Assembly: GCA_037380845.1 (NCBI GenBank) | Contig: JARRRI010000020.1 | Location: forward strand, 1 to 52,033 | Direction: 5' to 3' | Source: Candidatus Sulfobium sp. | GTDB taxonomy: Bacteria; Nitrospirota; Thermodesulfovibrionia; Thermodesulfovibrionales; UBA6898 | Length of the DNA stretch: 52,033 nt | In this document: positions 27,020-36,431 of the stretch, piece after piece | How the letters are laid out: each line of letters begins with the position of its first letter | Numbering within the stretch: the stretch's first letter is position 1 | The notes under the pieces: model-generated | What the model was told of the DNA's origin: nothing | What the model saw: only the letters and a program-made list of their open reading frames with translations | Database searches by the model: none | Position numbers and translations under genes: made by a program

Positions 27020-30000
27020 GCCTGAGGGCAAAAATTACAGCGATGCTTACGGGGTTGCTGCTTCTGATAGCGGTTTTTGCATTCGGGACCCTCATGATAT
27101 TCGAAAAACTGAGCATCAATATGGGTACACTTCAGTCGGTGAGTGAGGAGCACAAACTCATAGGACAGATGGAAAGGGAGGTCTCGGCCTTCCTGGAGGC
27201 AACGAACGACTGGGGATTGACAGGCGCACCCCGGTTTAAAAAATCATACGAGGCCAGGACCAGCGAGCTCCGCGACTCTTTCTCGAAGGCAGGAAGTGTC
27301 GTGACCCAAAGAAAGAAGCTGCAAGCCGTGGAGGAAAAGTTCAGGCTGGCCGACAGATATGCGTCTTCAGTGATAGACAACAGACATCCGGTGGGCAACC
27401 CCGAAGTACATACCTACCTCCAGCGGATCAACCGGGTCGGCGGGGAGATACTGGACGGGCTGGAGACGATGCGTCAACAGTCGATCAATGACGTCATGGG
27501 TATGGCGACAGCCGGCGAAATGATGAAAAAGGACATGACTTATTACCTCGTCGGACTGATTGCATTCAGCTCTTTTATGGCGCTTTTCCTGATACTGCGG
27601 GTCAGGAGGACGATAGCCGAACCTTTTCACGAGCTTCTGAGGGCGACCGAAAGGATCAGCAAGGGGGAATTGTCATACAGGATCCGGATGAACCGGAGGG
27701 ACGAATTCGGTATCGTTGCCGACAGGTTCAACAGCATGGTCGCGGACCTCGATTCTTCCAACCGCGAGATAAACAGGAAGCTGTCCGGTACGGAACTGAT
27801 CCTGGACGTTGCCAGGATAGCGGGCACGACCCTTGAACTGAAGGAGGCCCTCACCCTGATGGCCGAAACCATTGCTGCCAGGCTCCAGCTTGACAGCTGC
27901 GTAATCTACATGCTGAGGCCCGAGATAAACTCCTACTGCCTTGAAGCGACAAACAGGACCGGGACCGAAATGAGAGATGAATGCCTGCCTCCCGGTGCAG
28001 AAGTCATAAAGACGATCCTCAGTGAGGGTAAACCTGTTGCCGTGGAAGAAGCCGACCTTTACAGGGGGGAAGAAGGAAAATTGCCGGAAGGACACAAGTC
28101 GTGCCTGGGGGTCCCCATAATACGGGACAACACCTGCAAAGGGATACTGTTTGTCAGAAGAGGATCGGTGGCCCAGAACGCCGAACTTTACCAGTCGACT
28201 AAGAGACAGCTTCAGAAGCTTACCGTATTGTATGAGCTAAGCAGGGCCGTCACCTCGGTCCTCGACCTTCACAGCCTGTTGACGAAGACGGCACAGGAGA
28301 TTACACGGCTTTTGAACTCCAGGGGCTGCATCATAAGGCTTCTTGAAAACGGCAGGCTCACGGTCAAGTCCCATGTGGGACTCCCCGAAGGCGCCGAAGA
28401 CGATATGCAGCTTCCTCTGGGATCCGGGATAGCCGGGACCGTGGCGCAAAGGGGAAAGCCCATGCTGGTGGAAGACGTCTCCAGGATGCCCGACGGACTG
28501 AGAGTGCCCCAGATAAAGGTGAGGTCGGTAATATGTGTGCCTCTGAAGGTGGGTCAGACGGTGATAGGGACCCTCGGCCTTTTCGATAAATTCGATGAGA
28601 ACGGCAACCCGGTGCCCTACACAAGCGAGGACCTGAATACGGTCGAGGGGTTTGCGCTGATTTCCTCCATAGCCATCGACAAGTCAAAGATCTATGAAAA
28701 CGAGGTAAAGAGGGAACGGGAGGCCAGCGAGGCAAAGAAGAGGATGGACATACTCTTCGACAGTGTGCAGGGCGGGATTATCACCCTCGACAGGGACTAC
28801 ACCATAATTTCGGCCAACAGATATGTCGAAGACTGGGTTAACATGACAGACGAGGAACTGGTCGGACGCAACTGCCTGGACATCTTCCACGACAAGATCG
28901 GCATATGCCCCCACTGCGCCGCCAAGGCGACCTTCGATACCGGCGAGATCAATTCCATCATGCAGTCGAGGGGGGTGAACTACGCGGAGCTTACCGCCTA
29001 TCCCGTAAAGACTGAGAACGGCAATATCGAGGAATGCGTAGTCTTTATCCTGGATATCACCGAAAGGGTGCTGTATCAGGAGGAGACCCTCAGTCTGTAC
29101 AGGGAGGTGATCCAGACCAAGGAGTATCTTGAAAGCATAATCGACAATTCCGCTGACGCGATCGTTACCACCGACCTGGAAGGTACCATAACCTCCTGGA
29201 ACCAGGGCGCGGAAAAGACTTTCGGCTTCAGCGAAAGCGAAGCCATGGGCAATTTCCTGCCCTTTATCCCGGAGTTTCTCCTGGTCAGGGAGAAAGATTA
29301 CATGGACAGGATCAGAAAGGGGGAGGTCCTTAAGGACATCGAGACGCTGAGGCGCAGGAAAGACGGCAACATTATAGAGGTGAGCCTTACTCTCTCCCCC
29401 ATCAAGGACGCGGCAGGCGAAGTAATCGGGATAAGCGGCATTTCAAGGGACATATCCGAGAAGAAGAACGTCGAAAAGGAACTGATACGCCGCAACCAGG
29501 AACTCTCCAGGCTTTTCTTTATCAGCTCTGCAATGAGGGGCACCCTGGAACTTGATAAGCTGCTGCGTATGGTGCTTGTAGCCGTTACGATGAGCGACGG
29601 CATGGGCTTCAACAGGGCGATCCTTTTTCTCGTCGATGACACGAAGAAGGTCCTGAAGGGGGCGATGGGAGTGGGGCCGGCGAGCTCCGAGGAGGCCTGG
29701 AAGATATGGGACGAACTCTCGATGCAGAAAAAGACCCTGGATGATATCATGCAGGACGTAGCCACCGAGCCTCTCAGCAAAGATTCCTTTCTGGACAGGC
29801 TGGCCATGTCGCTCGAGATCCCCATCGAGGAGGACACCCTGTTGACAAGGACGGTGCGGGAAAGGAGGTCCTTCAACGTGACCGACGTAAAAGGGGAGTC
29901 CTCCGGCGACCTCATCCTCATCCAGCAGCTCGGCACGCAGGCATATGCCGTCGTACCTCTCGTATCAAGGGACAGGGTTATAGGGGTCATATGGGTCGAT

Positions 30001-31149
30001 AACTATTTCAACAAAAAGCAGATCACTGACGAAGACATGAAATTCCTTGCCAGTTTTTCGAACCATGTGGCCTCGGCGATCGAAAACGCGCGGCTCTTCG
30101 AAAAGGTGAAGATGGCGGAGCAGCAGCTCGAAAATATTTTTGAATCGATGTCCGACATGGTGTATTTCAACAGCAAGGACTACGTGATACAGAGTGTCAA
30201 CAAGGCGGTGAGCAACAAGATCGGACTGCCGGCGTCGGAGATCATAGGGAAGAAATGTTATGAAGTGTTCCACGGCATGAACGAACCCTACGAAAAATGT
30301 CCTCACCACAAGACGGTGAACACAAAAAAGGCTTACATCGAGGAGCTCGACGATCCTTACATGGGCGGCACTTTCCTGACATCGAGTTCTCCGATTTTCG
30401 ATCTGACCGGAGAATTCATCGGTTCGGTCCACGTGGTCCGGGACATAACCGAGATCAAGAACCTTCAGCAGAAGCTGGTTATGGCCGAGAAAATGGCGGC
30501 GCTGGGCGAAGTGGCTGCAAAGGTCGCACATGAGATAAGGAACCCCCTTGTCTCTGTCGGAGGTTTTGCGAAAAGACTCGAAAAGAAGCTGGACGGGAAC
30601 CTCAGGGAATACGCGGGGATCATCGTGAAAGAGGTCGAGAGGCTGGAGGGTATCCTGAGGGAGATACTGGGGTTTGTGAAAGAGGTGAGACTGAACAAGG
30701 AGATGGTGAACCTGAATTACCTTGTCGACGACGTAATCACCCTGATGGAATCCGACATGCGGGACAGGGGAATAACCATGTTCAGGGATTTCGGGCTTCC
30801 GGCGGAGGTGTTTATAGATCCCAACAGGGTGAAGGAGGCGATCATGAATATCGTCAGCAACGCAGTGCAGTCGATGGCAGGGAGCGGTTCGATATACGTC
30901 AGGACGGGCATAAAAGGGGATTTCGCGGTTGTTGAGATAAAGGATACCGGTGCGGGCATTTCCGATTCGGACCGGCAGTTCATTTTCAATCCGTTCTATA
31001 CGACAAAGGCCGCGGGGACAGGCCTGGGTCTCGCTATCACCAACCGGATCATACAGGAACATAACGGCAGGATCGAGCTGGACAGCGAAGTCGGAAGGGG
31101 AAGCACATTTAAGGTATTTATCCCACTTAAGGAGGAGGAAAAGATATGA
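27016..31149 (+). CDS. Membrane sensor histidine kinase (HAMP, 3 GAF, 3 PAS, HisKA, HATPase)
   Basis: Two TMs, HAMP (RRDEFG), AHEIRNPL, DTGAGI, GTGLGL; GTG start overlaps the glgA stop. Confidence 0.93.
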   Translation: MSLRAKITAMLTGLLLLIAVFAFGTLMIFEKLSINMGTLQSVSEEHKLIGQMEREVSAFLEATNDWGLTGAPRFKKSYEARTSELRDSFSKAGSVVTQRKKLQAVEEKFRLADRYASSVIDNRHPVGNPEVHTYLQRINRVGGEILDGLETMRQQSINDVMGMATAGEMMKKDMTYYLVGLIAFSSFMALFLILRVRRTIAEPFHELLRATERISKGELSYRIRMNRRDEFGIVADRFNSMVADLDSSNREINRKLSGTELILDVARIAGTTLELKEALTLMAETIAARLQLDSCVIYMLRPEINSYCLEATNRTGTEMRDECLPPGAEVIKTILSEGKPVAVEEADLYRGEEGKLPEGHKSCLGVPIIRDNTCKGILFVRRGSVAQNAELYQSTKRQLQKLTVLYELSRAVTSVLDLHSLLTKTAQEITRLLNSRGCIIRLLENGRLTVKSHVGLPEGAEDDMQLPLGSGIAGTVAQRGKPMLVEDVSRMPDGLRVPQIKVRSVICVPLKVGQTVIGTLGLFDKFDENGNPVPYTSEDLNTVEGFALISSIAIDKSKIYENEVKREREASEAKKRMDILFDSVQGGIITLDRDYTIISANRYVEDWVNMTDEELVGRNCLDIFHDKIGICPHCAAKATFDTGEINSIMQSRGVNYAELTAYPVKTENGNIEECVVFILDITERVLYQEETLSLYREVIQTKEYLESIIDNSADAIVTTDLEGTITSWNQGAEKTFGFSESEAMGNFLPFIPEFLLVREKDYMDRIRKGEVLKDIETLRRRKDGNIIEVSLTLSPIKDAAGEVIGISGISRDISEKKNVEKELIRRNQELSRLFFISSAMRGTLELDKLLRMVLVAVTMSDGMGFNRAILFLVDDTKKVLKGAMGVGPASSEEAWKIWDELSMQKKTLDDIMQDVATEPLSKDSFLDRLAMSLEIPIEEDTLLTRTVRERRSFNVTDVKGESSGDLILIQQLGTQAYAVVPLVSRDRVIGVIWVDNYFNKKQITDEDMKFLASFSNHVASAIENARLFEKVKMAEQQLENIFESMSDMVYFNSKDYVIQSVNKAVSNKIGLPASEIIGKKCYEVFHGMNEPYEKCPHHKTVNTKKAYIEELDDPYMGGTFLTSSSPIFDLTGEFIGSVHVVRDITEIKNLQQKLVMAEKMAALGEVAAKVAHEIRNPLVSVGGFAKRLEKKLDGNLREYAGIIVKEVERLEGILREILGFVKEVRLNKEMVNLNYLVDDVITLMESDMRDRGITMFRDFGLPAEVFIDPNRVKEAIMNIVSNAVQSMAGSGSIYVRTGIKGDFAVVEIKDTGAGISDSDRQFIFNPFYTTKAAGTGLGLAITNRIIQEHNGRIELDSEVGRGSTFKVFIPLKEEEKI

Positions 31150-31499
31150 AAATACTCATTGTCGATGATGACCAGAACATTCTCAGGCTTTACAAGGAAG
31201 AGCTTGAAGAAGACGGCTACACCGTCGTGACGGCGTCAAACGGTCAGGAGGCCATGGAACAGTTCGAGAAAGAAGATCCGGACCTTGTTACGCTTGATAT
31301 CCTGCTGCCGGATGTGGACGGGATAAAGCTTCTCCGGCAGATGAAGGAGAAAAGGCCGAGAATGCCCGTAATCATGTCGACGGCCTATGACTACAGGGAC
31401 GATTTTGCGGTATGGGCCTCAGAGGCCTATATCGTCAAGTCGGCGGACCTCACGGAACTTAAAGCCACGATAAAGAAGTTGATCAACAAGGAATTATGA
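31146..31499 (+). CDS. Single-domain response regulator
   Basis: ILIVDDD, VTLDILLP, STAY, YIVKS. Confidence 0.93.
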   Translation: MKILIVDDDQNILRLYKEELEEDGYTVVTASNGQEAMEQFEKEDPDLVTLDILLPDVDGIKLLRQMKEKRPRMPVIMSTAYDYRDDFAVWASEAYIVKSADLTELKATIKKLINKEL

Positions 31500-32698
31500 G
31501 CGAGGTCCTTAAGTCTCTGGCGCCCGCTTACGGCGGGTACTCGATAGCGAGGGACGGGAAGGTTATCTTCATCAGGGGCGCCATCCCGGGCGAGCTGGTG
31601 GAAGTTGAGATAGTTGAGAAGAAGCGGGATTATTCCGTCGCCTCGGTCGTCAGTGTCGTCGAACCCTCGGAGGACAGGGTTGAACCGGGGTGTCCCGTCT
31701 TCGGCATCTGCGGCGGCTGTCAGCTTCAGTTCATATCTTACGGGAGACAGCTGGCGATGAAGCGGGAGATACTGCGGGACTCTCTTACGAGACTAGGGGG
31801 GATAGAGACAGAGCCCGGCGCCGCCTTTTCCGGTTCGCAGTGGAATTACAGGCACAGGGCCCAGTTCAAGGTCTCCAGACAGGGCGAGATAGGCTTCTTC
31901 AGGGAATCGACCAGGGACGTCGTCGTCTTCGATGAATGCCCCCTGATGATCGGGGAGATCAACGACATGCTGCAGAAGATAAAGGATACGGTACCGACGG
32001 GAGGCCTTAGGGAGATCCACATCGCTTCGGGCGATTCGCTGACGGCTTTGCTGCGGGGCGATGCGTATAATGAAGAGGCGTGCCGGAAGATCGGGGAAGC
32101 CGGGGTGTCGGGCGTGGCGTTCAACGATGCCCTTGCCGGCGGAACGGGGTACGTAACGCTGGACGTCGCCGGCCTGAAGTACAGTATCTCCCCCTGGACT
32201 TTCTTTCAGGCCCACTGGGCCCTCAACAGGAACGTTGTAGATTTTATAGTGGACAGTCTGCAACCCATCCAGGGTGGACGTGTCCTCGACCTCTATGCCG
32301 GAGCCGGCAATTTCTCCCTTCCTCTGGCCGCTCACGGTGCCGAGGTCGTCGCGGTCGAAGAAAATCCGCACGCGGCGGATGATGCGGCGAGGAACCTGGA
32401 GGTCAACGGCATAAAGAACTGCCGCATTATCAGGTCGTCCGCGGAAAGGTACAAGTTGAACCGGAAGTTCGACGTCATCATCCTTGACCCTCCGAGGCCC
32501 GGCCTCACGTCGGAAGTGGCAAAAAAGGTCATCGACCACGGAGCGCCGGGGATTGTGTATGTGTCCTGCAATCCTTCGACGCTGGCGAGGGACCTCAAGA
32601 AGATGAAAGATAAATACGACGTGGAGTCTGTGCACCAGATAGACTTCTTCCCCAACACCTTCCACATCGAAGCGGCGGCATTTTTGCGGATCAGATAG
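31496..32698 (+). CDS. rlmD: 23S rRNA m5U methyltransferase (RlmD/TrmA family)
   Basis: TRAM domain, CPVFGICGGC, FFQ, LDPPR, YVSCNP, DFFPNTFHIE. Confidence 0.88.
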   Translation: MSEVLKSLAPAYGGYSIARDGKVIFIRGAIPGELVEVEIVEKKRDYSVASVVSVVEPSEDRVEPGCPVFGICGGCQLQFISYGRQLAMKREILRDSLTRLGGIETEPGAAFSGSQWNYRHRAQFKVSRQGEIGFFRESTRDVVVFDECPLMIGEINDMLQKIKDTVPTGGLREIHIASGDSLTALLRGDAYNEEACRKIGEAGVSGVAFNDALAGGTGYVTLDVAGLKYSISPWTFFQAHWALNRNVVDFIVDSLQPIQGGRVLDLYAGAGNFSLPLAAHGAEVVAVEENPHAADDAARNLEVNGIKNCRIIRSSAERYKLNRKFDVIILDPPRPGLTSEVAKKVIDHGAPGIVYVSCNPSTLARDLKKMKDKYDVESVHQIDFFPNTFHIEAAAFLRIR

Positions 32699-32775
32699 AA
32701 CTGTCTGTTTCCGCCTGCCTGAAATCTCTTCTACATCAAGAACACATGAGAGCATCAACGGAGTTGGTCTGAGAG

Positions 32776-32970
32776 GCGGGGCTCTGCCCCGGACCCCGGA
32801 TACTTTTCCTGCTCGCCCAGGAAAAGTATCCAAAAGGAGGGCGCCCTGGGAAAATTTCACCCTTCGGGCCAATTTGCTCGGTCGGTTGCGCTGAATTTTG
32901 GGAACTCGCTCCGCTCAGACAGCCCAAAATTCTTAACGCGCCCCCTCGGTCGCAGACCTGAAATTTTCGA
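32776..32970. repeat. Nested multi-hairpin intergenic element (REP/MITE-like)
   Basis: Perfect 14-bp IR GGATACTTTTCCTG/CAGGAAAAGTATCC (32798-32831), GAATTTTGGG/CCCAAAATTC (32893-32932), outer GAAAATTTCA/TGAAATTTTC. Confidence 0.65.
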
Positions 32971-32994
32971 AAGCGATAACCCACATCTGCTCCA

Positions 32995-33024
32995 AGATAA
33001 AAGGGGGGAAGGGGGAGTTATGAT
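32995..33024 (-). repeat. TCATAACTCCCC...TTATCTT-type dispersed repeat, copy 2
   Basis: Reverse complement matches 19422-19451. Confidence 0.55.
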
Positions 33025-33137
33025 TCCGGAGAGCGGGAAGGGGAGATTTTCGGAGCAATGTTAGGATTTATCTTCCCGAAAAGCTTCGGGCTTTCACGAA
33101 TCCGGTATATCTGATATTATTTGGTGGAACAGGAACG

Positions 33138-34013
33138 ATGATACATGAAATCGTATTTCATGAAGGTGAAGGATTGAAGCCGCTTGTTGTCTTCATTCAC
33201 GGGATGGGTATGAACGTCAGGATCTGGAGCGAGCCTGATAAGGCGCGGATACTTGGCGGCAAGTATCCGCTCAGCGCCCTGCTTGGCGACTGTGACAGAA
33301 AGTTGGAAACGTCCTTTGCCGATCTGAAGGCGCGTGGCTATCATGTCCTTTCCTGGTCGCAGGCCAGACCGGTCGGACCCGTGGAGACGGCGGTCATGGA
33401 GCTGCGGGAAATCATGGACGAGTACGGGAGATTTGCGGGGAATGGAACCATATTTGTTTGCCACAGCAGGGGAGGGCTGGTAGCCAGGAAATACCTTGAA
33501 TCGCGGAGTGATTCGGTGAGGGGCCTGATAACCCTCTCAACCCCTCACCACGGTACTTCCATGGCGAAATGGGCTGCATACGTTTCTCCGTTGACTGCTG
33601 CGGCAAACCGGGTCTTGCTGGGATTCGGCAGAAAGGAGGTCGATACCGCCCTCCGGAGGATACTCGGCTTCCTTGGCAGCAGCGGACTGAGGGAATTACT
33701 GCCGGGGTCGAGGTTCTTCAGTGAGTTGACAGACGCAAAACGGGAAGGCGTCGCATACGTTTCTGCGGGGGGGACGAACCCGGATCTGCTTCGCGCCGTT
33801 TCGGTATCGCTTTCGGGCATACTGTCTGCATTAGTACCGGAGGTCATTATCCCGGAAGAAATGAGGGAGGGGCGGGGCGACGGGCTCGTATCGGCAAGGA
33901 GCTCGGTGCTGCCTTACGCCGACAGGCACAAGGACTTCCACGTCAATCACGGTTCCATACTTTGTGACACCGGGGTCAGAAGGTATGTTCTTGAAGCGGT
34001 GGAGGCGATGTGA
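33138..34013 (+). CDS. Alpha/beta hydrolase (lipase/PGAP1-like)
   Basis: FIHGMG, CHSRGG nucleophile elbow, STPHHGT, GDGLV, VNH. Confidence 0.88.
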   Translation: MIHEIVFHEGEGLKPLVVFIHGMGMNVRIWSEPDKARILGGKYPLSALLGDCDRKLETSFADLKARGYHVLSWSQARPVGPVETAVMELREIMDEYGRFAGNGTIFVCHSRGGLVARKYLESRSDSVRGLITLSTPHHGTSMAKWAAYVSPLTAAANRVLLGFGRKEVDTALRRILGFLGSSGLRELLPGSRFFSELTDAKREGVAYVSAGGTNPDLLRAVSVSLSGILSALVPEVIIPEEMREGRGDGLVSARSSVLPYADRHKDFHVNHGSILCDTGVRRYVLEAVEAM

Positions 34014-34031
34014 AAGGAGGGAAATAAAGGA

Positions 34032-34319
34032 GTGGAAGAGTCCGGTCCTGTTGAAATTCCCATAGACGGCATCCTTGATCTGCATACCTTCAACCCCCGG
34101 GATGTTAAAGACCTCTTGCCCGATTATCTCTCGGCCTGCAGGGAAAAGGGGATCCTCCAGGTCCGGGTCATACACGGAAAGGGCAGGGGAGTGCTCCGGG
34201 ACACGGTCCGGTCTATCCTTTCACGTCTTCCGGAAGTTGAGTCCTTCAGGACAGCCGGGGAAGATTCAGGTGGCTGGGGGGCTACCATCGTGATATTGAA
34301 GCCGGGGAAGAAACGATAG
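34032..34319 (+). CDS. Stand-alone Smr domain protein
   Basis: [23 protein letters not shown]. Confidence 0.92.
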   Translation: MEESGPVEIPIDGILDLHTFNPRDVKDLLPDYLSACREKGILQVRVIHGKGRGVLRDTVRSILSRLPEVESFRTAGEDSGGWGATIVILKPGKKR

Positions 34320-34394
34320 GGACAGACATTCAAAGGCGGCAGTGCCGCACGTATCGCGCGTTATACAGGATCTTCTGAAAACCATCTACTTCTT

Positions 34395-34476
34395 GTCATT
34401 CCCGAGGCGGTAGTCGGGAATCCACTTCTTTTGAAACTGGAAAGAAGGAACCGGGTCCCGCCTTGACGGGAATGAT
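34395..34476. repeat. GTCATTCCC-type REP-like element, copy 2
   Basis: GTCATTCCCGA...TCGGGAATCCA ... GGGTCCCG...CGGGAATGAT. Confidence 0.65.
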
Positions 34477-34509
34477 GGCCGACGAAATCCGAAAATATGC
34501 AGGTAGGGT

Positions 34510-36315
34510 TTGGAACCGTTGCAACCGTCGTGCTTCAATGTCGAGAACTCTTCTGTTCATACCGAAATTGAGAAGCGCTACCTTGCCAAGGACGGCGAAG
34601 GCAGAATCATCGAGACTCCCGGACAGCTCTTCCGCCGTGTTGCACGAAGCGTTGCGGAGATCGATGCCAGGTATGACAGCGGCGCCGGCAGTTCCGAGCG
34701 GGAAGGAATTTACTACGACATGATGGCTTCCCTTAAATTCATGCCGAACTCCCCCACGCTGATGAACGCCGGCACCAGACTGGGACAGCTTTCGGCCTGT
34801 TTCGTCATACCCGTAGGCGACAGCATCAGGGAGATTTTCGGTGCCCTGTCCACCATGGCGATAATCCACCAGACGGGAGGCGGCACCGGCTTTTCCTTCT
34901 CGCGTCTGAGACCTAAAAACGACATAGTCGGCTCCACGGGCGGTGTTGCGTCGGGGCCGGTATCGTTCATGAAGATCTTCGACCAGGGCACGGAGGTGAT
35001 CAAGCAGGGGGGTAGAAGACGGGGGGCAAACATGGGCATCCTCCGGATAGACCACCCGGACATCATGGAGTTTATCGAGGCCAAGAAGACGGAAGGCTCC
35101 TTCCGGAACTTCAACCTGTCCGTTGCAGTCCCCGACAGCTTCATGGAAAAACTGGAGAAGGATGAAACGTTCAGCCTCATAAATCCCAGGAACGGCAAGA
35201 AGACCGGCGGTCTGAAGGCGCGGGCCATATGGCGCCGCATCGCCGGGATGGCATGGGAGACCGGGGATCCGGGAGTGATATTCATAGACCGGATCAATCG
35301 GCTTCACCCGGTGTCAAATGCCGGAGAGATAGAGTCCACCAACCCCTGCGGGGAGCAGCCACTGCTGCCCTTCGAAAGCTGTAATCTCGGTTCCATCAAT
35401 CTCAAGCAGGTCGTGAAGAAAGGGGAGATAGACTGGACGGAGCTCGTCAGGCTCGTCAGGGAGGGCGTGCGGTTTCTGGACGGGATAATAGATGCCAACC
35501 TCTATCCCTTGCCGGAGATAGAGGACATTACCTATGCCAACCGCAAGATCGGCCTGGGGGTGATGGGCCTGGCGGAGATGCTGATAATGCTCGATGTCCC
35601 TTATCCTTCCGGAAAGGCCCTGACGATTGCCGAAAAAGTAATGAAGACGATCTCCGGGGAGGCCGTCCGGGCATCGGCGGAGCTGGGAGAAAAGCGCGGA
35701 AGCTTCCCGAATTTCAGGGGAAGCATGTGGGAGAAGAAAGGGCTTAAGACGATGCGCAATGCCACGGTCACCACTATCGCGCCTACCGGCACGATCAGTA
35801 TTATTGCGGGTGCATCGAGCGGCATCGAGCCCCTTTTCGCAGTCGCCTTCGTAAGAAGGGTTATGGAGGGTACGGAGCTTATGGAGGTGAACGAGCTGTT
35901 TGTCGACAGGGCGAAAAAGGAAGGGTTTTACAGCAGGGCCCTGATGGAGGAGATAGCCGGGAAAGGCTCGGTCGCGAAGATCAGAGAGGTCCCTCCGGAG
36001 GTGAAGAAGCTCTTCATGACCGCCCTGGATATCAGCCCTGCGTGGCACGTCAGGATGCAGGCTGCTTTCCAGAAATATACCGACAACGCCGTATCGAAGA
36101 CCATCAATCTGCCGGCCGACTCTACGGTCGAAGACGTGGAGGATGTAAACGGCCTTGCCTACCGCCTGGGCTGCAAGGGGATTACGGTCTTCCGCTATGG
36201 AAGCAGGAGAGAGCAGGTGCTTTCGATGGAGGAGACGCCCCGGATGTCCAGGGAGGAAGGGTTTCTGAAGGTGAGCAACGAGTACATAGGCGAGTGCAAG
36301 ATATGTTCGGTGTGA
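34510..36315 (+). CDS. nrdJ: Class II (adenosylcobalamin-dependent) ribonucleotide reductase; 5' end possibly frameshifted
   Basis: KRYL, PNSPTLMNAG, QLSACF, RRGANM, TNPCGEQ, TIAPTGT, SKTIN; C-terminal CKIC. Confidence 0.9.
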   Translation: MEPLQPSCFNVENSSVHTEIEKRYLAKDGEGRIIETPGQLFRRVARSVAEIDARYDSGAGSSEREGIYYDMMASLKFMPNSPTLMNAGTRLGQLSACFVIPVGDSIREIFGALSTMAIIHQTGGGTGFSFSRLRPKNDIVGSTGGVASGPVSFMKIFDQGTEVIKQGGRRRGANMGILRIDHPDIMEFIEAKKTEGSFRNFNLSVAVPDSFMEKLEKDETFSLINPRNGKKTGGLKARAIWRRIAGMAWETGDPGVIFIDRINRLHPVSNAGEIESTNPCGEQPLLPFESCNLGSINLKQVVKKGEIDWTELVRLVREGVRFLDGIIDANLYPLPEIEDITYANRKIGLGVMGLAEMLIMLDVPYPSGKALTIAEKVMKTISGEAVRASAELGEKRGSFPNFRGSMWEKKGLKTMRNATVTTIAPTGTISIIAGASSGIEPLFAVAFVRRVMEGTELMEVNELFVDRAKKEGFYSRALMEEIAGKGSVAKIREVPPEVKKLFMTALDISPAWHVRMQAAFQKYTDNAVSKTINLPADSTVEDVEDVNGLAYRLGCKGITVFRYGSRREQVLSMEETPRMSREEGFLKVSNEYIGECKICSV

Positions 36316-36431
36316 GTTCCTGCCGTTTCCTGTCGCCATAGTCCGCAAAAGAGAAACATTGTATTTTCCCGCCTTCTTATTTTACTCTGTAATAATCCGG
36401 TCTGTGCCTTTACAGGGTCCGGAGAAGCCAA

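Noticed and set aside
34320..34510. Cobalamin riboswitch or NrdR box upstream of nrdJ
   Set aside because: No B12 box or convincing NrdR palindrome; the structure is the REP-like repeat
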